The translations under genes and the position numbers were made by a program. Shown in pieces: positions 18,658-27,000 of a stretch of 64,000 nt of DNA. The DNA lies in assembly GCA_964502605.1 (NCBI GenBank), contig CAZCXK010000003.1, positions 19,476 to 83,475 of the forward strand, read 5' to 3'. The DNA is from an uncultured bacterium (lineage in GTDB: Bacteria > Cyanobacteriota > Cyanobacteriia > CAZCXK01). Each line of letters opens with the position of its first letter. Position 1 is the first letter of the stretch. The notes beneath the pieces are model-generated. The model did no database searches and was not told the DNA's origin. It was given only the letters and a program-made list of their open reading frames with translations.

Positions 18658-18954
18658 TTAGGTGCTGCTATTGCTGCGGCTGCGACCCGCTCGTAGCCGA
18701 CGCAGCCTGCGACGACGACGAAGTCTCCTGCGGCGGCGGCGAAGTCTCTTGCGACGGCGATCGCTTCTGCTAATAGATTTTTTACCTCCACCAATCATAG
18801 ACTCATCTTCTTCAGATAAGTCTTTCAAAAGGCTATCAGCGCCTAACAATAACGCTGAGCCAATTGCATGCTGATCAAGATCTACAGTTTCAATCATGGC
18901 TATATCTCCACAATTACTAACAGCTTCGACCGATTTAGAAGCTGATTTATTCAT
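18658..18954 (-). CDS. Candidate precursor peptide: 57-aa leader ending in a double-glycine motif (LKDLSEEDESMIGGG) followed by a 41-aa hyper-basic Arg-rich core
   Basis: The ATG at 18954 begins the operon. The leader matches the LSxxE(L)xxIxGG consensus cleaved by C39 peptidases. The core (KKSISRSDRRRKRLRRRRRRLRRRRRLRRLRAGRSRSNSST) is about 60% Arg. The plus-strand ORF 18662..18874 is its antisense shadow. Confidence 0.5.
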   Translation of the reverse strand: MNKSASKSVEAVSNCGDIAMIETVDLDQHAIGSALLLGADSLLKDLSEEDESMIGGGKKSISRSDRRRKRLRRRRRRLRRRRRLRRLRAGRSRSNSST

Positions 18955-19042
18955 TGATTTTTTCTTCTTCTTTAAGAATAAACCTTAAACTTAGAGGCAT
19001 GTCTCTTCATGAGAAACTTCTCACAGTTTCCTAATCGTGATC

Positions 19043-19495
19043 TCATCTAAAAATGAGGCGTTGGTAAGAAGCAAGATGAATTAGGCAGGAACAGGGACAT
19101 CCCTGAACTTGAGGTAATGGATCAACAATCGGATAGAATGCTACAGTCCAGATCCAGATCTTATTTTGCTTTTTGCCTACAAAAGTCTCCAGTTCATCCA
19201 GTTCCCCCACTTGGGGGATTTCCTTTGGGTCATAGCTGTCCGGTAAGCGTTCCCCAGCCTGTGCAATCCAGTTCAAAATCGTGGTGTGGGCAATATTTGT
19301 CACACGGCTGATGCTGCGTACGCCCATACCATTGACATACATTCTCAAGCACAACTGTTTCACGTCATCGCTATAGCCTTGGCAGTCATAATGATCGAGA
19401 AACTGCCGTCCGCAGTTCACGCAAATGTAGTTCTGTTTCTGCTTTCGATGCCCATTTTTGCGAATATGTTCTCCACCACAATCAGGACATTTCAT
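19043..19495 (-). mobile_element. Truncated IS1-family transposase fragment (InsA-like zinc-finger/HTH part plus the first residues of the InsB-like catalytic part)
   Basis: CPDCGGEHIRKNG...YICVNCGRQF zinc finger, an HTH (GMGVRSISRVTNIAHTTILNWI) and then GELDELETFVGKKQNKIWIWTAV, which resembles the InsB N-terminus. The ORF ends after 150 aa, so the DDE domain is absent and the element is an inactive remnant. Confidence 0.6.
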
Positions 19496-19729
19496 CTGTG
19501 CTCCTCTCCTCTCGGTATGCTCCTCTCATGTTGTGGCTTTTGGGCTGCCTAAAACATTTAATTCATCTGTCAATTTACCAACGCCGATCAATGAGTAACC
19601 GCTCTGAGGCTTGAACAGGCTGCACATCCGTAAATAACCGATGGTCTTCCACGATCGCTAACCCAAATGTTGCCTGCACCTGAGCCAAGGTGAAATCGCT
19701 GTATGCCCTCCTCTTGTTCTCCTCAGTCG

Positions 19730-20386
19730 TTAAACACTGGCAGCGGGTTGAAACTGAGTCATCAACCAGGCTCCCACCTGGGATTGGTCTTGGCTGCGGC
19801 TGCGTTGCAGCGCTTCGTCTAGAGTCGCCATCTCCAGCCCTGGAAACATAAGAGAACTATCAATCCGCTGGCTACCGCGATCGCTCATCTGATAAGCCCA
19901 CACGTCTGCCGTTTCCACCTTCACAATCCAATATTCAGCAATGCCCATCTCTTCGTAGAGCACCCGCTTCACCGTGCGATCGTCCAACAGTGACGATTTC
20001 GCTACTTCTACCACCAAATCTGGCACTGGATACTGATCCAGATTGACAACATCGGTGCCACTAGGAATCGCATTCGCCTTAGCACCCACGTAATAGGCTA
20101 AGTCGGGCTGAAATTCTGCATAGCCCGTCCTCCGGAAAGAACAGTTATCTAACTCTGTAAATGCGATCGCCCGCAAAATGCTGAACAAGTTAATGGCCAG
20201 GGAAATTACACTGTGATCTTTACTGTGGTCAAATCCTACGGATAGTTGCATTTCTAATCGCATCCACCCATTGCTGTAATAGCCCTTAGATTTGGCATGG
20301 GCGGGGTCATCCAAGGCGCGGAGGTATTCTTCCCAGGTAGCAGGAATCCAAGTGTCGCTGGGAATCAAGGTAGAAGGTTGGTTCAT
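19730..20386 (-). CDS. Uma2-family (DUF820) putative restriction-endonuclease-like protein
   Basis: 218 aa with the common cyanobacterial Uma2 pattern (WEEYLRALDDP...GYYSNGWMRLEM...PDLAYYVG...PDLVVEV). Confidence 0.65.
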   Translation of the reverse strand: MNQPSTLIPSDTWIPATWEEYLRALDDPAHAKSKGYYSNGWMRLEMQLSVGFDHSKDHSVISLAINLFSILRAIAFTELDNCSFRRTGYAEFQPDLAYYVGAKANAIPSGTDVVNLDQYPVPDLVVEVAKSSLLDDRTVKRVLYEEMGIAEYWIVKVETADVWAYQMSDRGSQRIDSSLMFPGLEMATLDEALQRSRSQDQSQVGAWLMTQFQPAASV

Positions 20387-20442
20387 GACCGTCGTCTATC
20401 AGCGAAAATCTACCTTTAGTCTATGCCATTGCTTCTAGAGGC

Positions 20443-22284
20443 TCAAAAGCTAAACGTGGCTCTAAAGCTGCCGATGACACTATCGCTATTGCTGGCATCT
20501 TGATTGGGAGCGCTGATCCAGATGATGCCAGGAGTCACCGAAAGATAGTCAGATAGCCGCAGTTTGTAGAAGGCTTCTAAATGGAGTGAGGTGTCATTTT
20601 CGAGACTGAGATCCGCTCTATTGGTGCTTCCTAGATAGGGTTCTACCCCAAGCAAGAGACCGCCAAAACTGCCCGGTAGCAGGAGATCTGGAAAGCCAAA
20701 CCCAATGCCGTAATACCAGATTTCACCTGATCCGCCAGTTCCAAACGCAAGATCGGTATAGCCACCAAAGGTGTGCAGCATAAAGCGAGAGTTGACGCGA
20801 TATGCCGCCTGGATGCCGTAGGAGTTGGTAATCGCGGATGAGCCTAATTCAATGTGAGCTGCGTTAGCTGGACTCGTGCCCACGTAAAATTCACTATCGT
20901 CTCCCAAGTCGAAAATGCTATTGGTATCCGTGTGGTAACCGTGGACGTAGGTGACCCCAATCTGCAAGCGATCGCCCGGTGTAAACGAGATCTGCCCCAG
21001 GGCCGCATAGTCGCCATTGAGTAGCCCACTATTGGATGTGGGGCTAGCGGCTTCATCAGCAAGATAGCCAACCGTAAGCGACAGCATTTGTTGATCGTCG
21101 AGAAACACAGTCAGTCCGGCTCCGGTGCCGCCACCAATGCGATAAATCGGGCTTTGCTGACTAAATGCCGAGAGAGAGCCGTTGCCCCCGTCAAAATCTT
21201 CAAATAGCGGGCTAAACGTGCTAGGCACATAGTCACTGTGGATGCCTCCAGTGGCGCTGACATAGGCTGCAACGCGATCGCCAATGGGTAGGCTATAGGC
21301 CAGCCAATCGAGCCCGACTTCATTGTCGGTGTTGCCGCCGATCCGTGAAATCAGCGTGCCCTCAGCCGTGCCAGCTTCGACAGCGTCAAAGCCGCTAGAG
21401 GTGCGAAAGGGAGACGCATTCCCCGCTGCCAAGCGCAAATTGAGTCGATCTGAGCCGCTAAAACTAGTAACTAAATCAAGCCGCAGGCGATCGCGGAACA
21501 CCGTGCGGTTGGCCTCTCCATTGCTGAGCTGTCCTGCCAAGGAAAAAATTGCTTCTCCATGCAGCTTGGTGGTCGTAGAAAACTGATTGGTTTCAAGCTG
21601 GGTTGTTCGAGATTCGAGCGATCGCACTCGACCTCTGAGTAGTGCTAAGTCGGCAGAAAACTCCGTTTGGAGACGCAGCAGTGTGGCCAAGTCATCGCGC
21701 GCCACGGCATGATCGCCTAACCTCTGGTCAATGATTGCCTGAATGCGATCGAGCGCCGTCAGCAGCGCCGCCGCAAACTCAGAGCGACTGAGGACGCGAT
21801 CGCCACGAAAGGTGCCATCGGAGTAGCCTCCAATCACCCCATAGCGTTCGACTAGCGATCGCAACGCCTGATAGGCCCAATCGGTCGGCTGCACATCTGA
21901 TAGCTGATCGACCGAAGTGACTTGCCCCATTGCCTCTGGTGCGTTTCTAATCGTCGGTACGACGTGGGGCACATCAGCACTTGATGTAGTATTCGCGCCA
22001 GTATTCGAGCTAGCATAAGCGTCCCCCACGGGTGCAGCCGATCGCTGCAACAGCAACGGTTCTAGCGATGCAGCAGGCTGAGACTCGGGTGTAGTCGGAG
22101 TCACCAAAACAGAGATTGGATGCTGAACCAGCGCACCGGGCTGAAACGTCTCGACAGCAGACTCAGCCGTGCCCCGCGCATCAACCTGAGGAGTCGCTTG
22201 AAGAGCCTTATCAGGAAGAGCGATCGCCCCACTGCCCCATAAGGGCGCTGAGGCCAATAGCGTGATCGGCAGAGATTTAAGCAT
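20443..22284 (-). CDS. Outer-membrane porin with an N-terminal S-layer-homology (SLH) domain and a C-terminal OprB-like beta-barrel
   Basis: ATG at 22284 gives a signal peptide MLKSLPITLLASAPLWGSGAIA. An SLH motif (WAYQALRSLVERYGVIGGYSDGTFRGDRVLSRSEFAAALLTAL) and a coiled-coil linker follow. The C-terminal half is Gly/Ser/Thr/Tyr-rich with alternating hydrophobics and ends in ATFSF. This is the typical cyanobacterial SLH-OprB porin architecture. Confidence 0.8.
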   Translation of the reverse strand: MLKSLPITLLASAPLWGSGAIALPDKALQATPQVDARGTAESAVETFQPGALVQHPISVLVTPTTPESQPAASLEPLLLQRSAAPVGDAYASSNTGANTTSSADVPHVVPTIRNAPEAMGQVTSVDQLSDVQPTDWAYQALRSLVERYGVIGGYSDGTFRGDRVLSRSEFAAALLTALDRIQAIIDQRLGDHAVARDDLATLLRLQTEFSADLALLRGRVRSLESRTTQLETNQFSTTTKLHGEAIFSLAGQLSNGEANRTVFRDRLRLDLVTSFSGSDRLNLRLAAGNASPFRTSSGFDAVEAGTAEGTLISRIGGNTDNEVGLDWLAYSLPIGDRVAAYVSATGGIHSDYVPSTFSPLFEDFDGGNGSLSAFSQQSPIYRIGGGTGAGLTVFLDDQQMLSLTVGYLADEAASPTSNSGLLNGDYAALGQISFTPGDRLQIGVTYVHGYHTDTNSIFDLGDDSEFYVGTSPANAAHIELGSSAITNSYGIQAAYRVNSRFMLHTFGGYTDLAFGTGGSGEIWYYGIGFGFPDLLLPGSFGGLLLGVEPYLGSTNRADLSLENDTSLHLEAFYKLRLSDYLSVTPGIIWISAPNQDASNSDSVIGSFRATFSF

Positions 22285-22327
22285 TAGGGTTGCACTCGTC
22301 ACACCAAACCCATTTAAGCAGAAACTT

Positions 22328-22777
22328 TTAAGCAGAAATTGACAGAGGAACCTCACCACTGACTTGCAGCGATCGCCACGCCCGCCTGGAGCACTGGTCT
22401 GCCGTCAGCCGACAAATTGGCAGCCAACGAATGCCGTTAGGCCCAACTTCAGGATCATCACTGGTCAGGGCTTGCGGCTTGGGAGACACCGAGCACCGAT
22501 ACACAATGTTAATCGTATGCACCATGCAGCCAGCCTTCTCCGGAAAGAAGCTATCAAGCACCGTCAGCACGCCATCTACCTGAAAGTCGGTAAGGCCAGT
22601 CTCTTCTTGCACTTCGCGCCGCAGCCCGTCTAGTAGCGGTTCATGAGGCTCCAAGCCACCGCCGGGTAAATCCCAACAGTTGGGCTCGGGGAGGGTGGTT
22701 TGGTGCAGCAGTAAGACTTCACCCCCATCAACGAACAAGCCTACCACACTGACCAGGATGCGAGTTACAGGAGTCAT
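22328..22777 (-). CDS. NUDIX hydrolase
   Basis: Nudix box GGGLEPHEPLLDGLRREVQEETGL (Gx5Ex7REUxEExGU). Confidence 0.75.
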   Translation of the reverse strand: MTPVTRILVSVVGLFVDGGEVLLLHQTTLPEPNCWDLPGGGLEPHEPLLDGLRREVQEETGLTDFQVDGVLTVLDSFFPEKAGCMVHTINIVYRCSVSPKPQALTSDDPEVGPNGIRWLPICRLTADQCSRRAWRSLQVSGEVPLSISA

Positions 22778-22780
22778 CGG

Positions 22781-23458
22781 CTAAAACTCGATTCCAGCTT
22801 GGGCTTTGACCCCTTGCTCTCGAAACGGGTGTTTGATGAGTGTCATTTCTGTGACCAGGTCTGCAGCATCAATCAGCGCTGGAGGTGCGCCGCGCCCAGT
22901 CAAGATGACATGAGAATCGTCTGGTTTTTGGGCTAGCCCAGAGAGCACCTGATCAGCCGAAAGATAGTCGAGCTTGAGGGCAATGTTGATTTCATCGAGC
23001 AAAACCAGGCGAAACTCAGGATTGATGAGAAATGTCAGCGCTTTTTCCCATGCCTGCTGTGCCATTTGGATGTCGCGATCGCGATCTTGAGTTTCCCAGG
23101 TAAATCCTTCACCCATCGCGTGAAACTCAAGCTGATGCGACCATTGACTCAACACCGACTTCTCCGCAGGTTCCCATGCGCCTTTAATAAACTGCACAAT
23201 CGCCACCCGATAGCCATGCCCCAGCGATCGCATCACCATGCCCAAGGCGGCAGTCGTTTTGCCCTTGCCGTTCCCCGTATGGACAATGACTAGCCCTTTT
23301 TCTTGATTGCGCTGGCTCAGTCGCTGCTCTTGCACCTCTTTACGCCGCTGCATTTTGCGACGATATGAGTCATCTGTTGAGGATATCGTATCCGTTTCCA
23401 CGTCGATTGCACTCCTTTGGTTCGGGGCACTGGATTTCCTACTATACAGAGATACCAT
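22781..23458 (-). CDS. cobO: Cob(I)yrinic acid a,c-diamide adenosyltransferase (CobO/BtuR type)
   Basis: P-loop HTGNGKGKTTAALG, the conserved FIKG segment and LVLLDEINIALKLDYL, followed by the HPFREQGVKAQ C-terminal region of CobA/CobO-family ATP:corrinoid adenosyltransferases. An N-terminal extension of about 50 aa is also present. Confidence 0.8.
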   Translation of the reverse strand: MVSLYSRKSSAPNQRSAIDVETDTISSTDDSYRRKMQRRKEVQEQRLSQRNQEKGLVIVHTGNGKGKTTAALGMVMRSLGHGYRVAIVQFIKGAWEPAEKSVLSQWSHQLEFHAMGEGFTWETQDRDRDIQMAQQAWEKALTFLINPEFRLVLLDEINIALKLDYLSADQVLSGLAQKPDDSHVILTGRGAPPALIDAADLVTEMTLIKHPFREQGVKAQAGIEF

Positions 23459-23570
23459 GACGGCACGCGCTAAAACGGCTGTTGTGGAACTTGGGTTAGC
23501 GCCGCCATATCGCCCGCCTTTATAATTTTCGTCTAAGCAGTCTCTGTGGCCTTGCCCCGTTCAATCGAGA

Positions 23571-24026
23571 TTAAGTATGTGGGAATAGTGATGCAGACAG
23601 CTGATCCTTTAGGTATCGGATATGAGGGGTAACTACGTTTTTATCAAGGATATCATCTGACAGAAACCTCGCACCTTTAATGATTCCAAGGCACTGCTCT
23701 GCCCCACAGACGCATGTAAACGGGCGTTGCATTTCCCACTCTGTGCTGGGGTAAAAGAACGTCAATTCTTCGTGAGCATTAATATCTTTGAGTGCCCGTA
23801 GACCCATCATTTTTAGATCGATCATGATGTTGGGATCACAGGAATGATTCAGGTATATCACAGCATCTTCCCAAAGATGCTGGTCAGAACTAATTTGAAT
23901 ACTTTGATATGTAGGCTGATTCAGTATCATGTAGTTTTTAATTTGATAAAACAGCGTGTCCTTTTTAATAGTATTTAGAGAAATTAGACGCTTTCCTAGA
24001 GCCTGATCTTGTTGAACATAAATCAT
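23571..24026 (-). CDS. SET-domain protein (putative protein-lysine methyltransferase), 151 aa
   Basis: NHSCDPN motif, EELTFFY (ELxF/DY) and a post-SET Cys cluster CVCGAEQC. The gene is markedly AT-rich compared with its neighbours. Confidence 0.7.
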   Translation of the reverse strand: MIYVQQDQALGKRLISLNTIKKDTLFYQIKNYMILNQPTYQSIQISSDQHLWEDAVIYLNHSCDPNIMIDLKMMGLRALKDINAHEELTFFYPSTEWEMQRPFTCVCGAEQCLGIIKGARFLSDDILDKNVVTPHIRYLKDQLSASLFPHT

Positions 24027-24096
24027 GACCTTTACAACTCCTTAAACGTAATGTTTCTGACCTTCAGAATATCAGACTTTTCCTGCCACAGTATTA

Positions 24097-27000
24097 CTAG
24101 AAAGTTGTTCCAATCATGCTAAGTAGATATTTATGTACCAACGTTTCATCAACATTTGGACAGACGATTCCACTACCACGCAACGCTGTAAGAGTCTGTT
24201 GGCAATCAAATATCTGGCTACCAGATAGCCAACCTTCTAATCGACCTAGCTGCTGCTTTGAGATCGAGCCAGGGTCGGTGATCATTTGGGCTAATGGGCC
24301 AAGAGCAGAATCATGGGTCTGAATCAGAGCTTTCCAATGCTGATAGGGAACCTGCTCAACAGCGTAGCCCAAGCGATTCATCTGGTGAACAACATGATCA
24401 AACACAATCGGTTGAGGATTAACCAGATGAAATGACTGACGAAACGAGGTCGGCTGACGAGACAGATAGACCGTCGCTTGGCTGACATAGTCAACCGGAG
24501 TCATATCAACTTTAAAGTCGAGCTTGGGAGCCACCTTAAGCTCAAGAAAACTTTTGAGCAAGCGCCATAAGACATCGTCTGGATTGCAAATACCACTGGC
24601 TTGACTGCCGCTAATCATGCCAAGGCGATAAATACAGATTGGTAGCCCCGCTTCACCGGCACGGGAGACTAACTGTTCGGCAACCCACTTGCTTTGAGCA
24701 TAGCCTCCTGTAATTTTCTCTCCTTGGGCGATCGCCTCATGTTCATAAATGGTGGCATCACTTATTGCCATGCGAGCCTCAAAGACATCTAACGTAGACA
24801 TAAAATGTATTGGCTTGAGCTTGCCATGGTTAGCAAACGCCAAGATTGACCTAGTTCCGACCACATTCACAGCTTTGAGCGCAGCATAGGGAAGAACCAG
24901 GTTGACGTTAGCGCCGCTGTGATAGACCACATCGACCGTCGTAGCTAAGGTTTGAAATGTATTTCTCGGCAATCCGAAGAGCGGTTGCGCCAAATTGCCC
25001 ACAACAGGGATGATGCGAGAATAAAAGGGATTCAGATCAAGTTTATATTTCTGAGCGGTTTGGCGGAGCTTTTGATAAGCTTCCGTCAAATTTTGAGCCC
25101 GAATGAGGCAATAAATTGTAGCGTCTGTCTGCTGCAAGAGTTCCAACAAGATGGCAGCACCGATAAATCCAGTAGCCCCCGTTAGTAGAACTGACTGGGG
25201 AACCGTCCAGTGAGTTTGATCTGCGACCTTAGCCTTGAGGGTAAAATCTAACGTCGCCTCAGCCTGTAACTGAAGCAGCGTTACTTGCTTAGGGATAGCT
25301 GATACGGCGGGACTCTGAATTTGCTGAGCCAGACCACTGATGGTAGGTCTATGAAAAAATTCCTCCAGCGACAGGCTAACTTGATGAGTCTGTTCGACAT
25401 GAGAAACTAACTCCATCAACCGGAGTGAATTGCCGCCTAACTCGAAAAAGTTATCGTGTAGACCAATCGCTTCAATTTCTAGCACCGTTGACCAAATCAT
25501 CGAGAGGTCTTGCTCAAGAGGAGTGGTGGGCGCGACAAAGTCCACATCTAAGTCAGGCCTGACCTGACCCGGTGTAGGCAACGCCTGGAAATCGATCTTG
25601 CCGTTAGGTGTTAGAGGCACCGAGTCAAGCGTGACAAATGCCGAAGGCACCATATAGGCAGGTAGTTGCTGCAGCAAATAGGAGCGTAGTTCTCGGGAAA
25701 GGTAATGTGCTGCCTTTTCCTGGAGTGGATTATTAGCATAGGACTGCCAAGATCGTTGGGTTCGACAACTCTGAGGCGACAATGATGCGATTGGTAATAG
25801 TTGCACATCACCATCCAGTGGCGATCGCCGCTTAATCAAGACATCATACGATCCTTCTACTCCACCTGCGGCCCAACTCAGTGTGACGTCATATGGCACC
25901 TCTCCCAAGCGGTGCCATAGGTCTTCTGGATTAACTCCCTTAGAGGAAGTCTGGTGTGTGAGGGCTTGCCTGAGTTCTCCCACCGTTATGGGGCAAGCCT
26001 CCTGACGCAACATCTGCAATGCCCAGACAGCTGCTAACACCCGTGCATTTGGAACCTTGTGAATGCCCAAGACTGGAGGAGGGCATTCACCATTTAGCAG
26101 GTGGTGTAACGCGGGCACCGTCAGTTGATGTTGTTGCCAGTCTAGCCAGGGATACTCCTCTGGAATCAAAAGCTCAGCATCAATCCGCAGGATGGCGTCA
26201 TAGCGAAACTGAGTCAGCTCATTCTCAAACTCACCTCGTTTCAACAGCACTTGCACCTGGCTAACTTGCGGCAGATGCTGCTGAAGAGCACTAAAAAATT
26301 CGGGATCAAGGGTCAGTTCTCCTTCCTGATCAAGTCGCTTTTGAATGCGATCGCGCAGAACATCAGTTGACATATCATCAGGAGCTTGAAACAGCTCAAC
26401 GGACGCAGCAAAGGTTTCTTGCAAGACATAGTTGCGAATGTCTCCAATGAAAATGACGCCGCCCGGTTTAACTAGTTCGACCGCCTGCTTGATGACCCGT
26501 AGGAGATAGGCAACACTGGGAAAATATTGAATAACAGAGTTAATAATAACCGTATCAAACGACTGGGGTTCTAGCCCTTCTAAGCGATCAGCCATCCGCT
26601 GTTCCAGCACAACCTGAGGTAGATTTACAGACGGATGGTTGAGTTGCTGGTTGACATACTCTAATGCAGCTGTAGAGAAATCGATGCCAACATATCGCAG
26701 ACAAGAGGGGGCAATGCGAAAAAGCAAGAGCCCTGTGCCACAGCCAATTTCTAAAACCTGTTGAGGCCGATAGGTCAAAATTCGCTCGACTGTGTGGTTG
26801 ACCCATTCATGCATTTCACAGTCAGGGATGAGTGCTTCGGTATAGCTACTCATCCAGCCGCTGATGTTAAATGTACCGTCCCAGCCTGATTTAGCAGGAT
26901 TTAGATAGTCATCACTGTGAATGAAACGCCATTGCTTAATTTGCTCTGCTTCTAGTTGAGAAAGTCCAGCCTCGTTCAGGTGCTTCCGGTCAGTCAAAGC

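Noticed and set aside
18662-18874. 70-aa plus-strand ORF encoding another Arg-rich peptide (MLLLLRLRPARSRRSLRRRR...)
   Set aside because: It is the antisense shadow of the Arg-codon-rich core of the minus-strand precursor gene. It has no start context, no leader and no partner genes on the plus strand.
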